DNA from: Mycobacterium leprae TN
GTDB taxonomy: Bacteria; Actinomycetota; Actinomycetes; Mycobacteriales; Mycobacteriaceae
Length of the DNA: 32,000 nucleotides
Reading direction: 5' to 3'
Assembly (NCBI RefSeq): GCF_000195855.1
Contig: NC_002677.1
Span: 2,280,001-2,312,000, forward strand
Under the pieces are notes generated by a model. It saw only the letters and a program-made list of their open reading frames with translations, ran no database searches and was not told the origin of the DNA. Position numbers and translations under genes: made by a program. This document shows positions 1-13,143 of this stretch, piece by piece. The first letter of the stretch is position 1. Every line of letters starts with the position of its first letter.

Positions 1-434
1 CCATTTTGGCGGCATACGTACGCCGATCGCCGAGGGGGCTTGCAGCAGTTCGGCACCGTGTTAACGGTATCACAAATCGCTGACCTGGCGGCCATCAGCT
101 CTGTTTACCGCCGCTATCTCACCGAGCGTCCACTGATATTTTCAGAGTATCTCCTGATGTTCAGCAGCTGACGACGAAATAATGGTAGCCGTAACCCGCC
201 CAATTCTAGAGCACTGATACACAGGTTTTTATGATGCTGGATCTGGCCGGGTACTACGGCAACGACAGCGCTGCCGTCGATCCGGTACGTGGCTCAATGA
301 GCTCGAATCTGCTTGCCGCTTTAGGCGATTCACCCAGGCGCGCGTGCATCAATCGCAACGCCCGGCGGCCAGCGTGAACTGAAAACACGAAACCCCAGGC
401 CCTGCGCGGATTCCAGGGTGTTCGCGAATTGACC

Positions 435-827
435 TTACTTGACACTGACAGTGGCGCCGGTGGCCTCGAGTTTGGCCTTGGCGTCGTCGGCGGCCTCCTT
501 GGCGACCTTCTCCAGCAGCAGCTTGGGCACGCCGTCGACCAGGTCCTTGGCCTCCTTGAGGCCAAGGCCAGAGACGATCTCGCGAACAACCTTTATGACG
601 CCGATCTTCTTGTCGCCGGCGCTTTCGAGAATGACGTCGAACTCGGACTGTTCCTCGGCAGCTTCGCCGGCCTCGCCGGCCGCGGGTGCACCAGCAACGG
701 CAACAGAGACCGGAGCGGCCGCGGTGACCTCGAAGGTCTCCTCGAACTTTTTGACGAAGTCCGAAAGTTCCAACAAGGTCATTTCCTTGAACACGTCCAG
801 CAGTTCGTCACTAGAGAGCTTTGACAT
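435..827 (-). CDS. rplL: 50S ribosomal protein L7/L12
   Basis: 130-aa ORF, MAKLSS-like N-terminus ([34 protein letters not shown]) and the C-terminal [55 protein letters not shown] typical of L7/L12; sits downstream of rplJ. Confidence 0.98.
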   Translation of the reverse strand: MSKLSSDELLDVFKEMTLLELSDFVKKFEETFEVTAAAPVSVAVAGAPAAGEAGEAAEEQSEFDVILESAGDKKIGVIKVVREIVSGLGLKEAKDLVDGVPKLLLEKVAKEAADDAKAKLEATGATVSVK

Positions 828-862
828 GGGGGTGGGGTCCTTCCTTGATTTCTGGTGCTTGG

Positions 863-1396
863 CTATTCGGCTGAGGCCGGTTCGAAAGCTTTCTTTTCCT
901 GCAATGCGGCGGTGAGCCTTGCCATCTGCGAGGTCGGCGCATTGAATAGTCCGATCGCCTTGGCGAAGGTGCCCTTCATGGCGCCGGCCAGTTTGGCTAG
1001 CAACACCTCACGGGACTCCAGGTCGGCGATGCGCTCGACTTCGGCGACAGTCATCGGATGGCCATCCATGTAGCCTCCCTTAATCACCAGCGCCTTGTGT
1101 TCCTTGGCGAACGTCTTGATGGCCTTGGCGGCATCGACCGGCTCACCGGTGACGAACGCGATCGCCGTCGGGCCGGCGAATAACTCGTCGAGCCCCTCGA
1201 TGCCGACTTCGGAGGCCGCCCGCTTAATGAGCGTGTTCTTGGCCACCGCATAGCTGGCCGAACCCGTGAGCGACCGGCGCAGCTCGGCCAAGTTAGCCAC
1301 CGTCAAGCCGCGATATTCGGTAATCAACGCTGCCGTCGCAGCCTTAAACTGCTCGGCGATGTTTGCAACGGCGGTGGCCTTGTCAGCCCTAGCCAT
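863..1396 (-). CDS. rplJ: 50S ribosomal protein L10
   Basis: [43 protein letters not shown]... is typical mycobacterial L10; start placed at the internal Met (1396) behind an AGGAGG Shine-Dalgarno; the ORF track start at 1441 is probably too long. Confidence 0.97.
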   Translation of the reverse strand: MARADKATAVANIAEQFKAATAALITEYRGLTVANLAELRRSLTGSASYAVAKNTLIKRAASEVGIEGLDELFAGPTAIAFVTGEPVDAAKAIKTFAKEHKALVIKGGYMDGHPMTVAEVERIADLESREVLLAKLAGAMKGTFAKAIGLFNAPTSQMARLTAALQEKKAFEPASAE

Positions 1397-1441
1397 GCAT
1401 ACCTCCTGAGGTGAAAGTCGGGTTGCGACTGGAGTCTGCAA

Positions 1442-1560
1442 CCTACCGGGGAGAATGACGAACGCCCCGGAGCAGGAAGCGGCCGGGGCGTTAAAATACG
1501 CCGGCGCACGCCGGCGGGGGTGCCTCGTCCTCCTGCGTGGGCCGCCCGGGATGTTACCGA
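1442..1560 (-). promoter_or_regulatory. Candidate L10 (rplJL) leader/attenuator region
   Basis: Immediately upstream of rplJ; perfect 10-bp inverted repeat AACGCCCCGG-12 nt-CCGGGGCGTT (1461-1492) and an adjacent GC palindromic stretch CGCCGGCG..CGCCGGCG (about 1499-1516). Confidence 0.55.
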
Positions 1561-2287
1561 GCCTTCAACCGACTCTTTCGGTCACTGACGGTCTTAGGTG
1601 GATCAACTATCACAATAGTGCGATGCCCCGGCATCAACCAAAACATTAACGCGGTAGTCCTGCCATCACGGTCCGCACTACAGCCCCTCGAGCCTGGCGG
1701 CACCAACCAGACCGACCTTGCCACCGAGCTCAGCCAACATCACATGCAGGTCAGCCCAAAATCCAGCCCTGCGTAGTTGGCCAACACCGCGTACAGCTAG
1801 CCGAAAAGCAACCGACCAAATTTAGGGACGCCATCGCCGACCACGACGAAGTCTAGATCCCACACCACCACAACCGAGGCGATCGTCCTCGCAAGCGCGG
1901 CGGTACCTAGGTGAAATGCCCACCCCGCTGCATCGGCCACTTCCCTGACGCCGGTGACCCAACGAACAGTTCCGATAACTTCGCCGAAACAACCTGGATA
2001 CCCGCACGTTACGACACTAGCCGGTGGTAGGTTCCCGTCTCGGACAAACAGACCACTTTAGGATTTGACCATGCCCGTCCTCGCCTCCCCCGTAGCCGAC
2101 GAACACAGCACCCTGCGCGCGTTCTTGGCCTTTCACCAGAGTGCTTTCTTCGCGATGTCCTATAGCCTCACTGATGAACAGGCCCGGTGTTCTAGGAAAT
2201 CATCGTAATTTAGAGTAGGTAGTCAGTGACGCCCTGGCGTCACACTGAATTGGGACCCAACACCACCAGTTTGGCACACTACACAGA

Positions 2288-3634
2288 ATGAGTTCCACCA
2301 ATAACCACCAGGTGGTCAAGCTAGACCGAGTGCCCTTACCTGTCGAAGCGGCCCGGATAGCAGCCACATATTGGCAAATCACCCGCGCTGCCGCTCGCGT
2401 CGCAACCAAGCTGGCGGGCAAGGGTCCGTGGCAGCAAAAGGTGATCAGGGAAATCCCGCAGACCTTTGCTAACCTAGGGCCGACGTACGTTAAGTTCGGA
2501 CAGATCATAGCGTCCAGCCCCAGCGCATTTGGTGAGTCGCTGGCGCGCGAATTCCGTGGCCTGCTCGACCAAGTGCCACCAGCCGACACGAACGAGGTGC
2601 ACAAGCTGTTCGTCGAGGAGCTTGGCGACGCGCCTTCCAAACTGTTCGCCAGCTTCTCCGAAGAGCCGTTCGCGTCGGCGTCCATCGCTCAGGTACATTC
2701 CGCGATCCTGCACAGCGGCGAGCACGTCGTCGTAAAGATCCAGCGACCCGGCATCCGACGCCGAGTCGCCGCCGACCTGCAAATCCTGAAGCGCTTCGCG
2801 CAAGCAGTCGAACTAGCCAAGCTGGGCCGTCGGCTCTCGGCGCAAGACGTCGTAGCGGATTTTTCCGACAACCTTGCCGAAGAGCTGAATTTCCGTCTCG
2901 AGGCACAGTCGATGGAAGCGTGGGGCTCATACCTGCACACCTCGCCGCTAGGCAAGAACATCCGCGTACCGAAGGTGCACTGGGAATTCACGGGCGAACG
3001 GGTGTTGACGATGGAGCAGGTACATGGCATCCGCATAGACAATGCGGATGCCATCCGCAAGTCTGGCTTCGACGGCGTCGAGCTGGTCAAGGCGCTATTG
3101 TTCTCGGTGTTTGAGGGCGGTCTGCGACACGGCCTGTTCCATGGCGACCTGCACGCGGGCAACCTGCATGTTGACGACCAAGGTCGCATCGTGTTCTTCG
3201 ACTTCGGGATCATGGGCCGCATCGATCCGCGCACCCGGTGGTTACTACGCGAACTGGTATTTGCCCTGCTGGTGAAAAAGGACCACGCTGCTGCTGGCAA
3301 AATCGTCGTGTTGATGGGCGCCGTGGGCACCGTGAAACCCGAGGCTCGGGCTGCCAAAGACCTGGAAAACTTCACCACGCCTCTGGCCATGAAAACCCTC
3401 GGCGACATGTCCTACACCGATATCGGCCGGCAGCTGTCGGCGCTGTCCGACGCCTACAACGTTAAGTTGCCCCGCGAACTGGTGCTGATCGGCAAGCAAT
3501 TCCTCTACGTCGAGCGGTACATGAAGCTGCTGGCGCCGGAATGGCAGATAATGTTGGATCCGGAGCTGACAGGGTACTTCGCAAACTTTATGGTCGAAGT
3601 CAGCCGTGAGCATCAATCCGATGTGGAGATCTAG
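2288..3634 (+). CDS. ABC1/UbiB-family atypical kinase (Rv0647c-like)
   Basis: 448 aa with LGPTYVKFGQIIASSP, EEPFASASIAQVHSA, VVKIQRPGI, LFHGDLHAGNL, FFDFGIMGRID motifs. The start may lie slightly upstream. Confidence 0.93.
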   Translation: MSSTNNHQVVKLDRVPLPVEAARIAATYWQITRAAARVATKLAGKGPWQQKVIREIPQTFANLGPTYVKFGQIIASSPSAFGESLAREFRGLLDQVPPADTNEVHKLFVEELGDAPSKLFASFSEEPFASASIAQVHSAILHSGEHVVVKIQRPGIRRRVAADLQILKRFAQAVELAKLGRRLSAQDVVADFSDNLAEELNFRLEAQSMEAWGSYLHTSPLGKNIRVPKVHWEFTGERVLTMEQVHGIRIDNADAIRKSGFDGVELVKALLFSVFEGGLRHGLFHGDLHAGNLHVDDQGRIVFFDFGIMGRIDPRTRWLLRELVFALLVKKDHAAAGKIVVLMGAVGTVKPEARAAKDLENFTTPLAMKTLGDMSYTDIGRQLSALSDAYNVKLPRELVLIGKQFLYVERYMKLLAPEWQIMLDPELTGYFANFMVEVSREHQSDVEI

Positions 3635-4548
3635 TGGAAGTCCGTAGCGGTTACGCCACCTCGGGCGACTTGAAGCTGTACTACGAGGACATGGGCAACG
3701 TCGATGACCCGCCGGTACTGCTGATCATGGGGCTGGGTGCCCAACTGGTGCTGTGGCGGACCGCCTTCTGCGAAAAGCTCGTCGCTCAGGGGCTACGAGT
3801 CGTTCGGTACGACAACCGCGATGTTGGGCTTTCCAGCAGGACTGACAGCACTGAGCAGCCCTGCCCCAGTCAGCCACTGACCGCACGGCTGATCCGCTTC
3901 TGGCTCGGCCAGCGCAACGCGTGTGCGTACACGCTTGAGGACATGACCGATGACGCCGTCGCCCTGCTAGATCACCTCAGCATTGAACGGGCCCACATCG
4001 TCGGGGCATCGATGGGCGGCATGATTGCCCAAATCTTCGCGGCACGATTCCCCACGCGAACAAGGAGTCTAGCCGTCTTCTTCTCCAGCAACAATCGCCC
4101 ATTCCTGCCGCCACCCGCCCCGCGCGCCTTGCTGGCGCTTCTCACCGGCCCGCCGACCGGATCGCGGCGCGACGTGGTCGTCGATAACGTCGTGCGGGTC
4201 ACCAAAATCACCGGCAGTCCACTCTACCGCATGCCTGAAGAACAAGTCCGCACCAACGCTGCCGAGATATACGACCGCAGTTTCTACCCGTTGGGTGTCA
4301 GTCGACAGTTTAGCGCGATCCTGGGCAGCGGCAGCCTGCTGCACTATAACCAACGCATAATCGCACCGACTGTGGTGATTCATGGCCGAGCCGACAAACT
4401 GGTGCGGCCCTCCAGCGGCCGCGCCGTCGCCCGCGCCATCACCGGCGCCCGACTGGTGTTATTCGACGGAATGGGCCATGATCTACCGCAACAACTGTGG
4501 GATCAGGCGGTCGGCGTATTAATGAGCAACTTTGCCAAAGCCAGTTAA
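3634..4548 (+). CDS. lipG: Alpha/beta hydrolase (probable esterase/lipase LipG)
   Basis: 304 aa; PPVLLIMGLGAQLVLWR, RVVRYDNRDVGLSS, IVGASMGGMIAQIFA, FDGMGHDLPQ; overlaps the stop of the upstream gene. Confidence 0.92.
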   Translation: MEVRSGYATSGDLKLYYEDMGNVDDPPVLLIMGLGAQLVLWRTAFCEKLVAQGLRVVRYDNRDVGLSSRTDSTEQPCPSQPLTARLIRFWLGQRNACAYTLEDMTDDAVALLDHLSIERAHIVGASMGGMIAQIFAARFPTRTRSLAVFFSSNNRPFLPPPAPRALLALLTGPPTGSRRDVVVDNVVRVTKITGSPLYRMPEEQVRTNAAEIYDRSFYPLGVSRQFSAILGSGSLLHYNQRIIAPTVVIHGRADKLVRPSSGRAVARAITGARLVLFDGMGHDLPQQLWDQAVGVLMSNFAKAS

Positions 4549-5466
<918 letters not shown>

Positions 5467-5679
5467 CGGCCACTATGAATTCTTGATCCGAGAAAACTCG
5501 ATCGAGGTTTAACGATCCAGTCATGAAGCGGATAGTATGCCTCGAGCAAACCAGGTGAATTTTTTTCTGCGCCTTTCGTCCAAACACCGGCGGGCCGATG
5601 CGAGTGTGAAAAAGCACACGAGACCATGACCAGGGAAGTGACGCCACAGTTAGCCAATGTCAGACGCATAACGATCTAT

Positions 5680-6500
5680 CTGACGACTTCTTCTGCCTGT
5701 TTTTGGACCCCAACCAGACCCACAGCTGCGCATACTGCGAACATCGAAGAACATGGATGTTGGAAGAAGCCGCTACTCGTCAAGATCGACTTGGCCGCTG
5801 GTCAAGCTGGGCTTGAAACCCGGAATGACGTTGCTCGACAGGGGCTATGGCTGGAGCGCCACCATGCGGCGGACGATCGAGAAGTACGAAATGAACGTCA
5901 TCGTCCTCACGTTGTCGAAAAATCAGACTGCCCAGACTCAGAAATCGTTCGACCAGATGAACAGCCCACACAGCAAGCGTATGGTGTTCGATGGTTGGGA
6001 ACAGTTCCGTGATCCTGTCGACCGCATCATGTCAATCGTCGCATTTGAGCACTTCGGCCACGGTAGCTACGACGATTTCTTTGAACTAGCCTACAGCACC
6101 CTGCCTGACGACGGTGCGATGCTATGGCACACGATCACCGGGCTGACCAAACAGCAGATGATCGGCAACGGCTTTCTGCTATCGCTCATATATAACTCAT
6201 ATATAACCCGTTTCTTCTGGTTTATTTTCACCGAAATTTCCCAAGCGACCGGGTGCCAACTATTGAAATGATGGAGGAGAGTACGCCGAAAGCTAGCTTC
6301 AAGCCAGCCTGTCGCCAGTCGCTGCAGCCACACTACGCCCGAACTCTCGACTTGTGGGCCGAGACGTTCGAGAAGAACCAAAGTGCGGCCATCGCGATTC
6401 AATCCAAAGAAGTTTACGAGCAGTACACCATGAAGTACCGCAAGGGATGCACCAAGCTGTTCCACGCCGGCTAAATCAATTTCAAGCAGTTCATCCCGGA
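5680..6500 (+). pseudogene. mmaA2: Decayed mycolic acid methyltransferase (mmaA2 position)
   Basis: Homology spread over several frames: [107 protein letters not shown]..; frameshifts throughout. Confidence 0.88.
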
Positions 6501-6650
6501 TGAATATAATGATAGCGTCAGTCGGACTGCAATCTGACCGAACTCCAATCGAGATAAATTAACTAGAGTTAGTGTATAAGATATCTTTGGACCCGTGTAG
6601 ATTTCCGGGGGGTCGCCTCGTCAAGGTGCCTATCCACCGGGGAGAACACA

Positions 6651-7540
6651 ATGCCTGACAGTCCAGCAGGCGCCGCACGGACGCAGTTTAATGTAGACGA
6701 CGTTCAGGCGTACTACGGCCTTTCGAACGAATTCTTCGCACTGTTTCAGGCCCCGACTCGCACCTACAGTTGCGCATGTTTTCGGACGAAGACATGACCC
6801 CGCACGAAGCGCAGGTAACCGAACTCAGTTTGGCGCTCGACACGCTGGAACTGCAGACAGGAATAAGATCCTGCTCGATATTGGCTACGACGGAGACTCG
6901 ATGATGAAGCGGACCATCGGGTACTATGACGTCAACGTCGTCAGGTTGACCTTGTCCAAGAACCAGAATACTTACCGCCGGCAGGTGCTCGACGAAATTG
7001 ATGTGAACCGCTCGCAGCGAACGCCACTGTGCGACTGGGCTGACGTCGACGAGCCGGTGCGGTGGACCGGCTCGTCATCATCAAAGCGTTAGAAAACTTC
7101 GGTTTTGAGTGCTATGACATTTTCTTCAAGTTCGCCTACAACGCGCTCCCCGCTAACGGAGTGATACTACTGCACTCGATCACCAAGCTGCATCCAAAGC
7201 AGGTCATCGAGCGCAGCATAGCTATGCTGATACAAATAACTAAGTTCATCTCATCAGGTTCATAATCAACGACATCTTACCGGGTAGCCCAGCTGCCGAT
7301 GATCGAGACCGTCAAGGAACACTCAACGCAGGTCAGCTTCAGGATAGTCCACATCCAGTCGCTGCAGCCGGACTTCGCCAAAACCTTTGACCTGCGTGCC
7401 GCAGGCTCTCCAGATAAGCAAGAACAAAGCTATCGCGATCGAGTCCGAAGAAGAGATAATGAAGTACCTGACCTTCTGCGCCAAGGCATTCCGGATGGGC
7501 TACATCGACGGCAACTAGTTCACCCCCGAGAAGCAGAAGT
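6651..7540 (+). pseudogene. mmaA3: Decayed mycolic acid methyltransferase (mmaA3 position)
   Basis: Starts [42 protein letters not shown] then frameshifts; fragments YDVNVVRLTLSKNQNTYRRQVLDEIDVNRS, NFGFECYDIFFKFAYNALPANGVILLHSITKLHPKQVIER; in-frame TAG at GYIDGN*FTPEKQ. Confidence 0.9.
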
Positions 7541-7630
7541 TATGGTTGCACGTCATATAAACACTTCATATAAAACCGACCTTGGTACGTGCGTCAGGCA
7601 ATGAACATCATGCAGGAGAACAAGACGACA

Positions 7631-8527
7631 ATGACTGAGCAACCGACTGGCCCGACAAAAACGCGGACGCGCTCCGAAGATATCCAAGCGCACTACGATC
7701 TTTCGAACGAATTCTTCGCACTGTTCCAGGACCCCACCCGCACCTACAGCTGCGCCTATTTCGAGCCACCAGACCTCACGCTCGAAGAAGCCCAGTACGC
7801 CAAGATCGACCTCAACCTGAACAAGCTGGACCTCAAGCCGGGAATGACTCTGTTGGACATCGGCTGCGGTTGGGGCACCACCATGCGGCGCGCCGTTGAG
7901 AAGTATGATGTCAAAGTTATCGGCTTGACTTTGTCCAAGAATCAGCACGCACGTTGTGAGCAAGTGCTAACCGCCCTCGAGAGCAACCGTTCACGTCAAG
8001 TGCGGCTGCAAGGCTGGGAGGATTTCACCGAGCCGGTCGACCGGATCGTGTCGATCGAGGCCTTCGAACACTTCGGGCACGAGAACTACGACGACTTCTT
8101 CAAGCGGTGTTTCAACATCATGCCCTCCGACGGTCGGATGACGGTCCAAAGTAGTGTCAGCTACCACCCCTTCGACATGGCTGCCAGGGGTAAGAAGCTC
8201 AGCTTCGAAACGGCTCGCTTCATCAAGTTCATCATCACCGAGATATTTCCAGGTGGGCGGCTGCCATCGACCAAGATGATGGTTGAACACGGCGAGAAGG
8301 CAGGATTCACCGTCTCCGAACCGCTGTCGCTGCAATCGCACTATGTCAAGACACTGCGAATCTGGGGCGACACCCTAGAATCCAACCGGGCAAAGGCCAT
8401 CGAAGTCACCTCTGAAGCGGTCTACAACCGGTACATGAAGTACCTGCGCGGCTGCGCGCACTACTTCTCCGACGAGATGCTGGACTGTAGCCTAGTGACC
8501 TACCTCAAGCCGGGCGCCTTAGACTAG
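7631..8527 (+). CDS. mmaA4: Mycolic acid S-adenosylmethionine-dependent methyltransferase MmaA4
   Basis: 298 aa from ATG at 7631: [82 protein letters not shown]. Confidence 0.95.
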   Translation: MTEQPTGPTKTRTRSEDIQAHYDLSNEFFALFQDPTRTYSCAYFEPPDLTLEEAQYAKIDLNLNKLDLKPGMTLLDIGCGWGTTMRRAVEKYDVKVIGLTLSKNQHARCEQVLTALESNRSRQVRLQGWEDFTEPVDRIVSIEAFEHFGHENYDDFFKRCFNIMPSDGRMTVQSSVSYHPFDMAARGKKLSFETARFIKFIITEIFPGGRLPSTKMMVEHGEKAGFTVSEPLSLQSHYVKTLRIWGDTLESNRAKAIEVTSEAVYNRYMKYLRGCAHYFSDEMLDCSLVTYLKPGALD

Positions 8528-8647
8528 TGCCGCCCTACACTTCGGGCAAGTGGTTGGATTACCGGCTGCGCCGTTCGTCGAATAAGTAGTTACTAACTTA
8601 GTTTAGAGTGCAGCACAAGACTTCACTCACTAACGTTCGGTGACGAA

Positions 8648-8955
8648 CATGCAGTACTTCGCCCTCTTTGATCAGCAAGGAACAAAATCTCACGCCCGAC
8701 GAACGGGCCTCATGACGGGCCGCGTTTGAGAGCTTCCATTTCAAAGCTGCCGCAGTAATCCAGTCCGGTGCTGTCTTTACCACCCACGGCTGTCAGAGTG
8801 CAGATCACCAACAGTCCCTTCGCCGAGGTGGGCCCCTGCGGCTAACTACGTTTTCGAAGCCAAAAACTTCGACGAGACACTGACGTTGGCGCTCTGCATC
8901 CGGGTCACCTCGTATGGCGCCGTGGAGGTGCGGCTGGCTAATGGCGGGCTGGAGG
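8648..8955 (+). pseudogene. Remnant of DGPF/YCII-related domain protein (copy 1)
   Basis: Across frames: MQYFALFDQQG... , TAVRVQITNSPFAEVG (compare family pattern VTDGPFAE), FEAKNFDETLTLALCIRVTSYGAVEVR (compare DLDEALEWAAR..YGAIEVRP). Confidence 0.6.
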
Positions 8956-8999
8956 AGCCCGACGCAACTGCTGGAGGGCATCAACTGGATCACACTCTG

Positions 9000-9330
9000 T
9001 TGGAGCCGCCAGACTGGCCGGTGGATCCCAGCTCGCCGCACTGGGAGGCGATGGTGGTAATGAACGCCAGAAGTCCGAGGCCACCATCGGCGTACGTCAC
9101 ATAAAGGCCCAGCACCAGCCTAAATAAGCTATCCACCACGACCACCCTGCTGGCATGTGACAGCCGAGCTTCTCATCACGAACGAACCTTACGTGGAGGG
9201 GGCACCGAAGTCGCCAACGGCTTCTATGTGTTTAGCGCAAATTACCGCAACGAGGCAGTCAAGGTCACGTCCATGATCCCCGCCTCCACCCTGCAGCAGC
9301 TAGCGGGTGTCTCGGTCCTGTATACCCAGC
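9000..9330 (+). pseudogene. Remnant of DGPF/YCII-related domain protein (copy 2)
   Basis: LITNEPYVEGAP / EVANGFYVFSANYRNEAVKVTSMIPAS after correcting one frameshift, resembling the DGPYVEGKEx(V/L)GGFYLVxxxDLDEAxxxAxRxPA pattern of the family. Confidence 0.5.
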
Positions 9331-10236
9331 CGAATGACCAAACTGGCCAGCGTCTTTCGTCGGGAGTGTGAGACTGGCCTTCGCCGTGCTCACGCGGTAG
9401 TCCAGGGACCTCACCATCACGTAGAACGCCGTATAATAAACTTGCGTCGAGACGAAGAGTTCCGCAGCTGGCCCCGCTATGGCGTTCCCGATCACCCCGG
9501 CAGGACGGCTCTACGTCGCGAATCAACAAGTCCCGGGAAGAAATTGGCGGCCGTGAAAAGCCATGTAGTAGAAGACATCCGGGTATTTACCGGTCGCTGC
9601 AACCTGCATACGGGCCGCGATAAGGAGTGGTGGATAATGTTCGCTTGCGCGCACCCGGCACTGGATCGTCAGTCACTACTCGCACTCACACTGCGGTTGG
9701 TGTCCGGGGTTGGCCTTCGCCGAGATCGCAGTGCGCTACTGCAGACGGATACCGTGGTCGGACAACGAATCACCGGCGTCAAGAAACAAGATTCGGCACA
9801 CCAACATCCCATTGCAGGTGCCGCCCGTCGAGCTGCTGCCTCAGCGCATGCCTAACGCGCTCAGTTGCATCTACTCAGTGTTCGCAGAAGGTTATTGAGA
9901 TCGACGGCGGAATCGTCCAGCGATTCGTGACAAATTGCACGACGAAGAGATCCTGATAGCCGGAGAGCTGTGCGCGCTGATACCCAACGAGCTGGAGGCG
10001 CATGCTTTACTTTAACAGCCCTGATGCTGCGGCATGATTCACGACGACTAACGCGGGTGAATGACGCCGACACACTGGGCTCGCTCGAGAATCAAGACCA
10101 CCCGTCAGTGGTATCCACGGCCACATCACCGGTGGCCTGGACCGCTTGCAACAGGCTCAAGCAAGGGTCGACGGGCCAACATCTGCCGCCGGCAGCGATC
10201 ACCGCACTGCACATTACGGCACCGACACTGGCCTAG
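9320..10236 (+). pseudogene. Remnant of ECF42-like (YCII-associated) RNA polymerase sigma factor
   Basis: Multi-frame homology in collinear order: RYGVPDHPGRT..LRRES, EWWIMFACAHPALDRQSLLALTLRLVSG, LAFAEIAVRYCRR...NIPLQVPPVELLPQRMPNALSCIYSVFAEGY, DEEILIAGELCALIPNELEAHAL, RHDSRRLTRVNDADTLGSLENQD, RLKQGSTGQHLPPAAITALHITAPTLA. Confidence 0.75.
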
Positions 10237-10308
10237 CCACGCTGAAACAGGTGACACATGATCCCCGGGCGGTCTTGCCCGCTCGAATCTCATCGCATCG
10301 ATGCGCGG

Positions 10309-11016
10309 CTACTCCTCGGTGAAATTCCGGGTTATCGACGGGTCGACCGGAATGCCAGGGCCCATAGTCGTCGACACGGTGACCTTCTTCAGGTAACGGC
10401 CCTTCGACGACGACGGCTTGAGCCGAAGCACCTCCTCAAGCGCGGCGCCGTAGTTCTCCGCCAGCCGCTTCTCATCGAACGATGCCTTGCCGATCACAAA
10501 GTGCAAATTAGCCTGTTTGTCCACCCGGAAGTTGATCTTGCCGCCCTTGATGTCAGCAACGGCCTTGGCGACATCGGGGGTGACGGTGCCGGTCTTGGGG
10601 TTCGGCATCAAGCCACGTGGACCCAACACCCGAGCGATACGACCAACCTTGGCCATCTGATCGGGTGTCGCGACCGCGGCGTCGAACTCCAGCCAGCCGC
10701 CCTGAATCTTCTCGATCAGATCGTCGCTACCAACCACATCAGCTCCCGCGGCTACGGCAACATCCGCTTTTTCGCCGACGGCGAACACTGCGACCCGAGC
10801 GGTCTTACCGGTACCGTGTGGCAGGTTAACCGTGCCACGGACCATTTGGTCTGCTTTACGCGAGTCGACACCCAGCCGTATCGCCACCTCGACGGTCGCA
10901 TCCTGCCTGGTCGACGACGTCTCTTTGGCGAGCTTGGCCGCCTGAAGTGGAGTGTAAAGGTTGGTGCGGTCCACCTTCACGGCGGCAGCGCGATAAGCCT
11001 TGCTGCTTTTGCTCAT
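10309..11016 (-). CDS. rplA: 50S ribosomal protein L1
   Basis: [35 protein letters not shown]...[39 protein letters not shown]; ORF extends to 11028 with an alternative upstream Met. Confidence 0.97.
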   Translation of the reverse strand: MSKSSKAYRAAAVKVDRTNLYTPLQAAKLAKETSSTRQDATVEVAIRLGVDSRKADQMVRGTVNLPHGTGKTARVAVFAVGEKADVAVAAGADVVGSDDLIEKIQGGWLEFDAAVATPDQMAKVGRIARVLGPRGLMPNPKTGTVTPDVAKAVADIKGGKINFRVDKQANLHFVIGKASFDEKRLAENYGAALEEVLRLKPSSSKGRYLKKVTVSTTMGPGIPVDPSITRNFTEE

Positions 11017-11147
11017 TGAACTATCCAATCTTGGTGATGGGTCGTGGTTGGTAAGCGGGCCGACGCTGGCCCTCCCACTTAATGTTTCGTCGAACTCTCA
11101 CTCAGGCAGCGAACAGCCACGCATCGTTGCCCGACAGGGGTGAGTTA

Positions 11148-11576
11148 TTACTCGACGGTGATGCCCATCGACCTGGCGGTACCGGCGATGATCTTGGCGG
11201 CTGCGTCGATGTCGTTGGCGTTGAGGTCAGCCTTCTTGGTTTCAGCAATCTCCCGAACTTGATCCCAGCTGACCTTAACGACCTTAGTCTTGTGCGGCTC
11301 GGCCACCCCCTTGCCCACCCCGGCAGCATCGAGGAGCAACTTGGCGGCAGGCGGCGTCTTGAGCGCAAAAGTGAAGCTGCGGTCCTCGTAGACCGTGATC
11401 TCCACCGGTATGACCTGGCCACGCTGGTTCTCAGTGGCAGCATTGTACGCCTTGCAGAACTCCATGATGTTGACGCCGTGCTGGCCGAGCGCGGGCCCGA
11501 CCGGCGGAGCAGGGTTGGCCTGCCCCGCCTGAATCTGAAGCTTGATCAGCCCGGCGACTTTCTTTTTCGTGGCCAT
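11148..11576 (-). CDS. rplK: 50S ribosomal protein L11
   Basis: [70 protein letters not shown]. Confidence 0.98.
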   Translation of the reverse strand: MATKKKVAGLIKLQIQAGQANPAPPVGPALGQHGVNIMEFCKAYNAATENQRGQVIPVEITVYEDRSFTFALKTPPAAKLLLDAAGVGKGVAEPHKTKVVKVSWDQVREIAETKKADLNANDIDAAAKIIAGTARSMGITVE

Positions 11577-11603
11577 TGGGTTTCGTTCTTCCTTCCTCGG
11601 GGG

Positions 11604-12350
<747 letters not shown>

Positions 12351-12367
12351 CTAATCACTTTCGAGCC

Positions 12368-12808
12368 TCAGCCGAACACCAACAACACCAGCTTGGCCAG
12401 GCCAAAATCAGCAAGGCCAACCAGTGCCACCATAAAGGCAAGAAACGCCAACACGACTGAGGTGTAAGTGAGCATTTGTTTGCGGTTAGGCCAGATAACC
12501 TTCCGCATCTCTCCAACGACCTGCTTGAGGTAATTGTAAATGAATACGATCGGGTTAGCCGAGCGATCCGCCGATTTCTTCGGCTTTTTGACCTTGCCTT
12601 CCTTGGCAATCGCAGCCTGAGTCGACGACTCTTCGACCTCGACGTTGGCCCCAGTATTCGAGGCATTCGCTGCTCGCTGCCGAGACCGCTTGCCGGTAGG
12701 GCGTTGCGGTCGAGTTGCCGGTTTCGTGACCACGGTCGTCCGGCCGCGGGTCCCACTACCGACTTCGGTTCCCCCGCCGTCGCTGGCAGCGTACCTCTCG
12801 TCGCTCAC
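12368..12808 (-). CDS. secE: Preprotein translocase subunit SecE
   Basis: C-terminal [62 protein letters not shown]; adjacent to nusG. Confidence 0.94.
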   Translation of the reverse strand: MSDERYAASDGGGTEVGSGTRGRTTVVTKPATRPQRPTGKRSRQRAANASNTGANVEVEESSTQAAIAKEGKVKKPKKSADRSANPIVFIYNYLKQVVGEMRKVIWPNRKQMLTYTSVVLAFLAFMVALVGLADFGLAKLVLLVFG

Positions 12809-12900
12809 CGCGTGCTCCTTTGTTCGCTAACTATTCTCGCGAGCTTTCCCGCTCTGATTGGATACCCCTAGTGTCCACCATGTCACGTCTTCGCCTTCAG

Positions 12901-12973
<73 letters not shown>

Positions 12974-13143
12974 TCGCGGCTGGTCTGGCCAGCCAGACCT
13001 ATCCAGCCAACCCACATACACCGGGGCTTACATGAAACGCGCGCCCCCCGCTCGTTACAACTCACGGAAAGCGCGCTGATATTGGGAAACCCCTAGGCAT
13101 GAGTGTACTCGATTCCACTCAAGCGCAGAAAACCTGATACCAA

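Noticed and set aside
2689-3408. 239-aa minus-strand ORF
   Set aside because: Antisense shadow of the UbiB-family kinase gene.
9307-9855. 182-aa plus-strand ORF as an intact gene
   Set aside because: Only its middle portion matches the sigma-factor pattern; the ends are out of frame, so it is part of a pseudogene.
10258-11019. 253-aa plus-strand ORF
   Set aside because: Antisense to the clearly conserved rplA; GC-skewed shadow ORF.
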